Of a stretch of 64,000 nt of DNA, positions 21,099-29,244 are shown piece after piece. Where the stretch lies: positions 20,985 through 84,984 of the forward strand of contig CAYSAF010000002.1 in NCBI GenBank assembly GCA_964428965.1. The letters run 5' to 3'. The DNA comes from Candidatus Woesearchaeota archaeon. GTDB lineage: Archaea > Nanobdellota > Nanobdellia > SCGC-AAA011-G17 > VGLX01. The notes under the pieces are model-generated. The model did no database searches. It saw nothing but the letters and a program-made list of their open reading frames with translations, and was not told the DNA's origin. Each line of letters begins with the position of its first letter. Within the stretch, counting starts at the first letter, position 1. A program made the position numbers and the translations under genes.

Positions 21099-21560
21099 AT
21101 ATCAAAAAAGAAACAACTATTCCAACCTTCTAGCCAGAAAACGATAATAGTAAGCCTGGTTATAATTCTTGTTGCACTTGTGATAGCCTTCAACTTTGAA
21201 AAATTCACAGGACAAGCAACAAAGAAAGTTGTTGGCGTAACAAAGGTGTACCTGTCAGCAGACCCTAGCATAGCAGACCAAGGAGAGGTCACGCTGAACA
21301 AAGGCGAAACGCTATACGTAACAGTAGACGCAGGAAGCCAGGGAAGCAGGGGAATAATAACGCTATATGACATGAACTCTGCCAAGGCAAGAAGAGTAAA
21401 AACTGTAGAGCTAACAGGATGTGGATCACAACAATGCAAACCGGGAGTTATAGGAACAGCTAAAATAAACATCTACTACAACTGGGAAGGAAGATACTGC
21501 GTAACTGTAAAGGATTTAGGTACAAACAAAGACGTACAGAGCTGCTTCACAGTAAGATAA
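21099..21560 (+). CDS. Small secreted/N-anchored protein, 'FTG' family paralog 1 (probable ATA start)
   Basis: Open frame upstream of the GTG at 21180 encodes the signal/TM segment (SQKTIIVSLVIILVALV); GGAGG at 21086-21090; homologous to the next gene. Confidence 0.7.
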   Translation: MSKKKQLFQPSSQKTIIVSLVIILVALVIAFNFEKFTGQATKKVVGVTKVYLSADPSIADQGEVTLNKGETLYVTVDAGSQGSRGIITLYDMNSAKARRVKTVELTGCGSQQCKPGVIGTAKINIYYNWEGRYCVTVKDLGTNKDVQSCFTVR

Positions 21561-21569
21561 GAGGAAGGG

Positions 21570-22010
21570 ATGATTCAAGACAAAAAGACTGTGATAATAG
21601 CGGTAGTTCTGCTATTTGTAGCGGTAATTGTAGCATTTAACCTGGAGAAATTCACAGGCGGAGCAACAAACGTAAAATCAGAAATGCCCAAAGTCTATGT
21701 GTCAGCAAGCCCAAAGATAACAGACCAGCCCAACTGTCTGGTAAAAGCAGGGAGCAAGGTTTACATAACAGCAGAGACTGGAACAAGGGGTATAAGAAGA
21801 AGTGGTTATCTATACGACAACAACGGAAAGGCAGCACTGAGGAAGGCTGATTTCGAATTTGACCAGAACTGCGGAGGAGGGACCTGCAGACCTAACAAGA
21901 TAACATGGGCAGACTACAGGCTGTCTGCAGAATGGAAGGGAAGCTACTGCATAAAGGTTGTAGAACTGTACACCAACAGACAGGTAAGCAAGTGCTTCAC
22001 TGTTCAATAA
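21570..22010 (+). CDS. Small secreted/N-anchored protein, 'FTG' family paralog 2
   Basis: N-terminal TM + AFNLEKFTG; shares KVY.SA.P, C...C.P and W.G.YC..V..L.TN..V..CFTV with paralog 1. Confidence 0.8.
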   Translation: MIQDKKTVIIAVVLLFVAVIVAFNLEKFTGGATNVKSEMPKVYVSASPKITDQPNCLVKAGSKVYITAETGTRGIRRSGYLYDNNGKAALRKADFEFDQNCGGGTCRPNKITWADYRLSAEWKGSYCIKVVELYTNRQVSKCFTVQ

Positions 22011-22044
22011 TTTTTTATTCTTTTTAACAAAAAAGGGATATAAC

Positions 22045-23034
22045 ATGAAAATAATAAAAGCAGGCATCATAATAATACTAATCCTAACTCTTGGAGTAAA
22101 CGCATTAGAAATATATGACAAGGAGTGCAAGAACGACGGAAGCCTAAGAGTGGTAGTAAAAGGAGACAGCAAGGCAAAGGTGTACACAAGCGAAATAGAA
22201 GTTAAAGTAGGCCAGATAGCCATGCCTGGAAGCTGGGACACGAACTACGTAACCAGGTCTACAACGGCAGCCAGGGAGTACTCAACATACCAATCAGAAG
22301 CGAACATACTAACAGCAAAGAGGTCATACCCGATAAACGTAGAATACAAAGAAACACAGGAAGACGGAAGCAAAACCATAGGGACAGCACCATTCGAAAT
22401 AGAATGTCCTGGATTGGTTTTCAGCTGCAAAAACCTCAACATAACCATCCTAAGCTGTGAAAACCAAGAAGACGGGCTTTTCAGATCAAGCATTCACATA
22501 AGTGGCCTTGAACAATCAGAGATAGCAAAGATGGACGTCATGCAAGTTGTAGACTTCATAATAGAAGCAGAAAACAAGTACAAAGACATGACAGGAAAAG
22601 AAACAGCAAGAGGAACGCTACCATACAAAGCGCAAGTAATAAGAATAGAGAAGGACGAATATGTGGTAAGGTACGAGTTCAGCAGCAAAAACAACAACAC
22701 AGTAAAAACCCTCTGGGCAGGCTACAACAACAACCTGAAATATACCTGCAAACAAGTCCAATACCCAGAAGTGAAGTTCTACGACAAGGTTGAATGCGTG
22801 AAACAAGAAACAGCACAACAAACAGAGCCAGAAGAAGAAAAGGTTGATACCCAAACAGAGACAGAAAAAGAACAGCCGAAGGAAACACAGAAACCAACAA
22901 AAAAAGCAGAACAGATAATTCAAGAACAGCCAAAGAACTACAAGCCCTTGGCGATAGTAAGCATAATCCTCATTGTAGTGCTAAGCGTTGGCGGGATAAT
23001 ATTAAGCTACCTTTACAAGAGAGGATATTTATAA
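22045..23034 (+). CDS. Secreted protein with Q/E/T/K linker and C-terminal TM anchor
   Basis: Signal peptide, paired Cys, low-complexity linker, terminal TM + KR. Confidence 0.75.
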   Translation: MKIIKAGIIIILILTLGVNALEIYDKECKNDGSLRVVVKGDSKAKVYTSEIEVKVGQIAMPGSWDTNYVTRSTTAAREYSTYQSEANILTAKRSYPINVEYKETQEDGSKTIGTAPFEIECPGLVFSCKNLNITILSCENQEDGLFRSSIHISGLEQSEIAKMDVMQVVDFIIEAENKYKDMTGKETARGTLPYKAQVIRIEKDEYVVRYEFSSKNNNTVKTLWAGYNNNLKYTCKQVQYPEVKFYDKVECVKQETAQQTEPEEEKVDTQTETEKEQPKETQKPTKKAEQIIQEQPKNYKPLAIVSIILIVVLSVGGIILSYLYKRGYL

Positions 23035-23068
23035 AAAGATTTAAAAAATTCTAAGACAGCCTAAAATC

Positions 23069-23761
23069 ATGAAAGAACCACCCAAAGTGCTAGTCGGATG
23101 CCCAACATCACACCACAAAGGATACTGCCTCAAAGAGTATGCAGAAGCGGTAAAAAGCCTGACTTACAAAAACTACGACGTACTACTGGTAGACAACTCA
23201 GAAAACTATGAATACGTGGAGAAAATAAGGAAAGAAGGGCTGCCTGTGATAAAGGGACCATACTTCGAGGGAGCAAGGGACAGAATAATAGAATCGAGAA
23301 ACATGCTAAGAGAAAAAACCATTAAAAGCTATGACTACTTCTTAAGCCTTGAGCAGGATGTGATACCCCCAAAGGATATAATAGAAAAACTCATCAGACA
23401 TGGCAAGGAGATTACAACAGGAGTTTACTTTGCCTACAACCAAGTCCCAGACGGTAGGGTGGTTTTAATACCGCTGGTATACAAACTGGTTGATGAAAAG
23501 ACACTGACCATGAGAAACCTCAGTGAAGATGAGGTATTCCAGGATCAGGTAATTCAAGTAGTATCGTGCGGACTTGGTTGCGTGTTGATAGGCAAAAAAG
23601 TACTTGAAAAAATAAAATTCAGATACGAGTTAAACACATTCGACGACAGGTGGTTCTGCAAAGACGCTTACAACCTGAAAATACCGATATACGCGGACAC
23701 AAGCGTGAGATGCAAACACCTCATATCAAAACACCAAAGATGGAGCGATATAAGGAAATGA
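23069..23761 (+). CDS. GT-A (GT2-like) glycosyltransferase, tandem paralog 1
   Basis: VLVGCPT, LLVDNS, SRN, LEQD (DxD-like), GLGC.LI, FDD.WFC.D, ADTSV.CKH. Confidence 0.82.
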   Translation: MKEPPKVLVGCPTSHHKGYCLKEYAEAVKSLTYKNYDVLLVDNSENYEYVEKIRKEGLPVIKGPYFEGARDRIIESRNMLREKTIKSYDYFLSLEQDVIPPKDIIEKLIRHGKEITTGVYFAYNQVPDGRVVLIPLVYKLVDEKTLTMRNLSEDEVFQDQVIQVVSCGLGCVLIGKKVLEKIKFRYELNTFDDRWFCKDAYNLKIPIYADTSVRCKHLISKHQRWSDIRK

Positions 23762-24453
23762 AAGTGCTCGTAGGGGGGCCTGTTTCGGATATGCACGAAT
23801 ACTGCTTTGAAGAGTTGGTGAGGTCAAGAAAGAGCCTGATATACAAAAACCATCACGTAATGCTTGTAGACAACTCAGAAAAAGACGAATTCTACAAAAG
23901 ACTTAAAAAAGAAGGTTTTCACGTCGAGAAAGTAGGTTACAGAAAAAAAGCAAGAGACAGATTAGTTGACAGCAGAAACCTTCTAAGGAAATACGCGATA
24001 GAAAATAATTACGACTACTTCCTAAACCTAGACCAAGACATAATACCGCCAAAAGACATAATAGAAAGACTGCTGAAACACAAAGAAAAAATAGTTACCG
24101 CAATATACTTCAACCCGATAAGACTGCCACTAACAGGAGAGGTTAAGTTAAGACCTGTAGTAGGAGTTATGGAAGGGACAAAGATAAGATTCCTCAAACC
24201 AGAAGAGATGAACAAAGGATTAAGGGAAGTTGACGTGTGCGGATCAGGATGCATAATAATGCACAGGGAAGTGCTTGAAAAAGTAGAATTCAGATACAAC
24301 AAGGAAAGTGACGGATTTGACGACGTTATGTTCGTTTACGACGCAAAACAGAACGGATACAAGGTTTATGCTGATACCTCACTTTTAGTAAAGCATTTAG
24401 TTATAAGCAGACCGTGGAGCTGGAAGGAACTTCAAAAGAAGAACGAAATGTAA
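23758..24453 (+). CDS. GT-A (GT2-like) glycosyltransferase, tandem paralog 2
   Basis: ATG overlaps the previous stop (ATGA); LVDNS, LDQD, GSGC, FDD, ADTS...KH. Confidence 0.82.
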   Translation: MKVLVGGPVSDMHEYCFEELVRSRKSLIYKNHHVMLVDNSEKDEFYKRLKKEGFHVEKVGYRKKARDRLVDSRNLLRKYAIENNYDYFLNLDQDIIPPKDIIERLLKHKEKIVTAIYFNPIRLPLTGEVKLRPVVGVMEGTKIRFLKPEEMNKGLREVDVCGSGCIIMHREVLEKVEFRYNKESDGFDDVMFVYDAKQNGYKVYADTSLLVKHLVISRPWSWKELQKKNEM

Positions 24454-24455
24454 AA

Positions 24456-25133
24456 ATGAAAGCAAAAATACTGGTAGGGTGCCCTACCTCTGACCATAAA
24501 TCTTACTGCCTGAAACAGTACGCAGAAGCGGTAAAGAAGTTAACTTACAAAAATCACAGCTTATTAATCGTCGATAATTCAAAAAGCCAGGCATACTCAA
24601 AAAAGATGAGAAGCATGGGATTAAAGGTGCTAAAAGACGAGTACAAAGAAAATGCGAGAGAGAGAATAGTCAGCTCCAGAAACATAGTAAGGGAAGAAGC
24701 GATAAAGAACTATGACTACTTACTAAGCCTGGAACAAGACGTGATACCGCCAAAAGACATAATAGAAAGACTGCTGAAACACAAAAAAGAGATAACCACA
24801 GGATTGTACTTCACTTACAAAACGGAAGATGAAACAAAAAAAATAATACCGCTACTATGGACTCTCGACGATAAAGAACCGAGAAACCTCACAGAAGAAG
24901 AAGTCATGCAAGACAGAGTAATAGAGGTAGAAGCAGCAGGACTGGGGTGCATGCTGATAGCAAAAGAGGTTCTCAAAAAAATAAAATTCAGGTACGAAAA
25001 GAAGAGCCAAGCTTTTGACGACATGTGGTTCTGCAAAGACACAAAGGAGAAAGGTTACAGCATAGTAGCGGACACAAGCGTTAAGTGCAAGCACCTGATA
25101 GAAAAATGGAGCTGGGAGGGGATAAAGAAATAG
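24456..25133 (+). CDS. GT-A (GT2-like) glycosyltransferase, tandem paralog 3
   Basis: ILVGCPT, VDNS, LEQD, GLGC, FDDMWFC, ADTSVKCKH. Confidence 0.82.
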   Translation: MKAKILVGCPTSDHKSYCLKQYAEAVKKLTYKNHSLLIVDNSKSQAYSKKMRSMGLKVLKDEYKENARERIVSSRNIVREEAIKNYDYLLSLEQDVIPPKDIIERLLKHKKEITTGLYFTYKTEDETKKIIPLLWTLDDKEPRNLTEEEVMQDRVIEVEAAGLGCMLIAKEVLKKIKFRYEKKSQAFDDMWFCKDTKEKGYSIVADTSVKCKHLIEKWSWEGIKK

Positions 25134-25144
25134 AAATGGCAAAA

Positions 25145-25226
25145 GCCGGGGTCGCATAACGGTATTGCGCAGGTCCCGAAAACCTGTTTCCTCACGGATA
25201 TCTGGGTTCGAATCCCAGCCCCGGCG
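25145..25226 (+). tRNA. tRNA-Ser(CGA), intronless, with C at position 33
   Basis: GCCGGGG/CCCCGGC acceptor stem, G73, CAGGT-CCCGAAA-ACCTG anticodon arm, long variable arm, CTGGG-TTCGAAT-CCCAG T arm. Confidence 0.9.
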
Positions 25227-25291
25227 AGATTATTACCAAACAAGTTTAACCAATAGAAAGCGTTATAAATCAAAATTCTATGAAAAATATC

Positions 25292-25465
25292 ATGAAGGAC
25301 CCATTGCCAAAAGAGCTGTTAGACATACTAGCATGCCCTATCTGCAAAGCAGACTTGAAGTACGGCAAGGAAAAGAAAACTCTTGCATGTACCAAGTGCA
25401 AGCACGAATACGAGATAAGAGACGGGATACCAATACTGTTACCACCCAAAGCCGGGGTCGCATAA
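25292..25465 (+). CDS. trm112: Trm112 family methyltransferase activator
   Basis: ELLDILACPICK..L......L.C..C...Y.IRDGIP.LL; BRE/TATA at about 25256-25269; start could be 25280. Confidence 0.88.
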   Translation: MKDPLPKELLDILACPICKADLKYGKEKKTLACTKCKHEYEIRDGIPILLPPKAGVA

Positions 25466-25567
25466 CCTGGTATTGCGCAGATTCTAGGAATAGAAGCGTA
25501 AGCCTTGAGAGATGCCAGGTAAGCCTGTTTCCTTCGGGATATCTGGGTTCGAATCCCAGCCCCGGCG
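25451..25567 (+). tRNA. tRNA-Ser(TGA) with two introns (25481-25501 at 29/30; 25510-25521 at 37/38)
   Basis: Removing both inserts gives a CAGGC-CTTGAGA-GCCTG anticodon arm; each insert forms a BHB-type motif; body nearly identical to the neighbouring tRNA-Ser. Confidence 0.88.
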
Positions 25568-25668
25568 AGATTATATTCTTTTAATAAAAGAAGTAAAAGA
25601 CTATACAAGGCTAATGTCAGTTCTGCCGCATTACTTAGTGTCAATTCTCGGCTGTTGCTTAGAAGAAA

Positions 25669-26238
25669 TCAACCAATCACCATAGACCTTCTAAACCTTC
25701 TGTACTTGCGCCTGACAAACCTGCTGGAAAAAATGAATACAAGTATGAGAATGATAACCAGGGCGTACAAAGCAAGGTTGTAATAAACGTTACTGAAAGG
25801 CCAAACAGAAAAGAAGCCGGTAAAGTTGGGCCACAACTGCTCAGCTTCCTCAACGACCTCTGGCTCACTAACCTTCTCAAAAAACAAAACAACAGTCTTG
25901 TCGTCAACAAACTTGATAAGAGAAACCTTCATATCCTTGACATCATCCCTCTCAAAATCAAGCTCCAAAAAAGTCTTGGGGGTAATGGAAGTGTAATAAG
26001 GGACAGGAGAGCCCTCGATGAAATTGGTGATCTCAACACGCTGCTCATCTTTGTTGACGGCCCCAATAACCATCTTATGATTCTTGTCAGCCCAATCAAA
26101 CCTAACTCCATCGCCAACGCCTATCTGAACTAACAAAGAGCTGGAGTTAGAAAAATCTAGGGTGCGCATCTCGCCTTCAGAAACAACGATGCAAGAAAAC
26201 AAAACTAGAAATGCAAAAATGAGTAGGGAGGGTTTCAT
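25669..26238 (-). CDS. Secreted protein with C-terminal TM anchor; resembles the C-terminal domain of the neighbouring glycoprotein
   Basis: Signal peptide; H...I..V....V.I...S.P......G...DxxxD...D..V.L pattern shared with 26313..28571; TM + basic tail. Confidence 0.7.
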   Translation of the reverse strand: MKPSLLIFAFLVLFSCIVVSEGEMRTLDFSNSSSLLVQIGVGDGVRFDWADKNHKMVIGAVNKDEQRVEITNFIEGSPVPYYTSITPKTFLELDFERDDVKDMKVSLIKFVDDKTVVLFFEKVSEPEVVEEAEQLWPNFTGFFSVWPFSNVYYNLALYALVIILILVFIFSSRFVRRKYRRFRRSMVIG

Positions 26239-26312
26239 AGATGTTAGAATTAGAAATTTTGTTTATAAAGTTTTATGTTAGAAAAAATATATAATAAAAA
26301 AGAAAAGAAGCC

Positions 26313-28571
26313 TTACTGCTTCTTCTTCCTCAACAAGAAGTAACCAACCACGATCACCGCAATGATCACGATGACTGTTATCCAGATCCAAGCAGTTCCA
26401 CCTTCACCTTCAACTTCCGGAGGTGTTATTCCCTCTGCCGGAGGCTGTTCTCCTGAAGGGGGCTGCTCTCCTGTCGGAGCTTCTTGCTGAACGATCAAGT
26501 CAGCACCTTCCTTAACCTTGGTGAAGGTAACGTCTGCTTTACTGTTGGTTATACCGTTAAGCTTAACCACCAAATCGTTCACGCCGTCACCATTTATGTC
26601 CACGCTCTTTGCCTCTCCGATAACAAGGGTTACTGTCACAGGGGTTGATGCAATCTCCAAGGTAACTGTGGTTGAGGTAACCTCCTTGAATGTTATCGTG
26701 TGCTCAGTACTACCGTCGAACGAGAATGTCTTGATGGTGCCTTGCGGAACCTTCAAAGTTGCCTCGTCGCTTGTTGAGAAGTCGATGTCAAACGTAACTC
26801 CTGCTGCACCGCCTTCACCACCACCAGCTTCGCCGGATATCGAATAAAACGCCTGGAAGGTCTCCGAGCTTGAAGAGGTGTGCGAAGCCTCTCTGCCCAC
26901 ATTATCTAAGGCAGTACACTTAACCGTGTAAGTACCGCTTAATGAGGTGTCATCACCCGTGAAGGTTACTGAGTGCTTGTTTGAAGTGGTGTCAGCAAAC
27001 TTTTTAGTCACCGTTGTTCCGTCAGGCTTTGTCAACTCCCACTTGATCTTAGCAGTTGCTGACTTAGCATCACTGCTCTCACAAGTGTAGGTTATTGAGT
27101 CTCTCGGGCCTATCGACCTGTCAGTAGGCACGGTCATAGTCGGTTCGCCAGGTCCTGATACGTCCAACTCAAACCTATAAGGACCTGCTACAGCAGTGTA
27201 GTTGTCGTCTGTGTTGTTCGCAATTATGTAAAACTCAAAAGATGCGTTGTCAGAATAGCTACCAAAGTCAACAGAGTTTTCAAGAATAGCTATTTCTATC
27301 CCAGTGCTGTCGTTATAACCACCCGTTACGTTATACATTAAAATTGTGTCGTTAACAGATGCCGGGTCAAACTGTCCGTTATACAAATACTTCAACGGAG
27401 TTGAATCGTTCTTAAACACCAGGGCAACAGAATCGGACTTCTGATGACCGCTGACCTCAACATTGAAGGTAGAGTTCCTAGCACCCATGTAATAACCGCC
27501 ATTCAAGTTGGTACCGCTCGTACGGGTTACCGTATAACTTGTTCCCTCAGAATCCACATAGGACTGGGTTACGTTGATAACTGCAATCTTGGGGTTTATC
27601 GTGTTGTTAATGGTCAATGCGAATGGTATACCCCCACTAGCTAATGCTGATTCATTAAACTCTATATTCTGATTGAATGAGTCGTTAGCAAACACAAAGA
27701 AGGTTGCTGTGTCACCATCACTAATACACACGCTTGGCACGTTTACTGAGAAGTTTGATGTATTACCGCTTAGAGTAATAGTTGATATCTGCTCATAATC
27801 CTGGCGTGATGCTGTAATGTTAGAGGCACAGTAGAGGTAAGCCCCAGTCTCATCAAGTTTTTGATCAGTGATAATACCAGTAACAGTTATGATATTAGAG
27901 CTGTCAAGATAGGTGCTACTCATGTTAGTACCGTTAAGCAGCGTTTGGTTACCATCAGTAACGTTCAACTCAATCAGCCTTGGCTGCTGGTTGTCACTGT
28001 TCAAGTAGAAGGTGGAGCTATTTGCAACGCCATTACTTTCAGCATCACACACATCAGTACCGCAAGCATACGCTGTCCAGTTGACGTCAAGGGATTCCAA
28101 GCCGTCTGCAATACCTGTTATGTTAAGCATAATTATTATAGAGTTATTTGTTGGGTTACCACCGTCAATAGTGTTAGTAGAGGAGTTACATGAGAATATG
28201 TTCCCTGTTGCGTTCCTACATTCCCAACTGGTCAAGTTACCGCCAGTAGCATCCAACACAGAAGTCGAGCTGTAATTCCACTCATCAACCCCGTCTAAGA
28301 CTACACTCCCACCGCTTTGGCCGGCAAAATTCCATGAATAGTTGCCAGCGACAGTGTCGATGACAACTGTAACGTTTGATAAGTTCGCGGTGGAAGCAGC
28401 AGTTACGGTCAAGTTGACTAGAGCTTCAACACCACCGGTAGTCCAACCTGCAACCTCAAACCCGTCACCTCTCGGAGTGCTTATGGTGAATGAACTGAGA
28501 TCACCCGCACTCAAAACAACACCCAATAACAATAGAAAACTTGCAAATAAGATCACACTCTTTTTATTCAT
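26313..28571 (-). CDS. Large cell-surface glycoprotein (S-layer-associated), C-terminal TM anchor
   Basis: Signal peptide, about 30 N-x-S/T sequons, Ig-like beta-rich segments, DINGDG motif, GEQPP repeat linker, TM + RKKKQ. Confidence 0.82.
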   Translation of the reverse strand: MNKKSVILFASFLLLLGVVLSAGDLSSFTISTPRGDGFEVAGWTTGGVEALVNLTVTAASTANLSNVTVVIDTVAGNYSWNFAGQSGGSVVLDGVDEWNYSSTSVLDATGGNLTSWECRNATGNIFSCNSSTNTIDGGNPTNNSIIIMLNITGIADGLESLDVNWTAYACGTDVCDAESNGVANSSTFYLNSDNQQPRLIELNVTDGNQTLLNGTNMSSTYLDSSNIITVTGIITDQKLDETGAYLYCASNITASRQDYEQISTITLSGNTSNFSVNVPSVCISDGDTATFFVFANDSFNQNIEFNESALASGGIPFALTINNTINPKIAVINVTQSYVDSEGTSYTVTRTSGTNLNGGYYMGARNSTFNVEVSGHQKSDSVALVFKNDSTPLKYLYNGQFDPASVNDTILMYNVTGGYNDSTGIEIAILENSVDFGSYSDNASFEFYIIANNTDDNYTAVAGPYRFELDVSGPGEPTMTVPTDRSIGPRDSITYTCESSDAKSATAKIKWELTKPDGTTVTKKFADTTSNKHSVTFTGDDTSLSGTYTVKCTALDNVGREASHTSSSSETFQAFYSISGEAGGGEGGAAGVTFDIDFSTSDEATLKVPQGTIKTFSFDGSTEHTITFKEVTSTTVTLEIASTPVTVTLVIGEAKSVDINGDGVNDLVVKLNGITNSKADVTFTKVKEGADLIVQQEAPTGEQPPSGEQPPAEGITPPEVEGEGGTAWIWITVIVIIAVIVVGYFLLRKKKQ

Positions 28572-28717
28572 GACAATCTGCCTCCTCTTTTGTTTATCAT
28601 AATGATTTTAATATCTACAATTGAAAAATATAAAAACAAGGTGATATATAAAGTTTTCGAATACAAAAAATAACAACTAAAAAAATAAGTTTAGTAATTT
28701 AAAAGTGATAAAAAAAA

Positions 28718-29143
28718 TTATTCAACAAAAAAGGCAACTTTAACGTCCTTGTTCGTCAATAAGTCCCTAACCAGAACGTAATAGTTTCCGTGCCAAGAGT
28801 TCCAACTCCTGTAGCTAGCAACTACAGGCCTGCAGAAACGATAACCACCGAACAGAGCTGCTTCTTTCCTCTCAAAAGAAACGACAAACCTATTATCCTT
28901 AGCCCTGTAAATACTTATTTTCTTATCGGTACACTTAGAACCGGGAGTTATGTGGACGTTGATGTACTCACCTGCCTTTATCCTGTTAGGAATAACCTCA
29001 GCAGATGTCACAGCGTTAGACTTGCTTACTGATGAGAGAGCCCTGCCAGCCTCACCCGTAAACATGTCCAAGTTGAAAACAACAACCAAAGCCAACAATA
29101 AAAGAACAGAACCTATGATTATGTTCTTCTTACTAAAATCCAT
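28718..29143 (-). CDS. Small secreted/N-anchored protein, 'FTG' family paralog 3
   Basis: TM + VFNLDMFTG; W.G.Y.V.V.DL.TNKDV...F.V C-terminus like 21099/21570. Confidence 0.75.
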   Translation of the reverse strand: MDFSKKNIIIGSVLLLLALVVVFNLDMFTGEAGRALSSVSKSNAVTSAEVIPNRIKAGEYINVHITPGSKCTDKKISIYRAKDNRFVVSFERKEAALFGGYRFCRPVVASYRSWNSWHGNYYVLVRDLLTNKDVKVAFFVE

Positions 29144-29244
29144 TTTACAAACCTCCTTTTTTCTGGGGAATAAGAATTGGAACTAATATATAAACTTTCT
29201 GAGAAGTTTTGAAAAAAGAAAAAGAAAAAAAAAGGCTTATGCCT

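Noticed and set aside
25145..25574. Two near-identical tRNA-Ser bodies as attL/attR of a mini-element carrying trm112
   Set aside because: Both are full-length genes with different anticodons (CGA, TGA) and the intervening gene is housekeeping; an isoacceptor pair is the simpler explanation.
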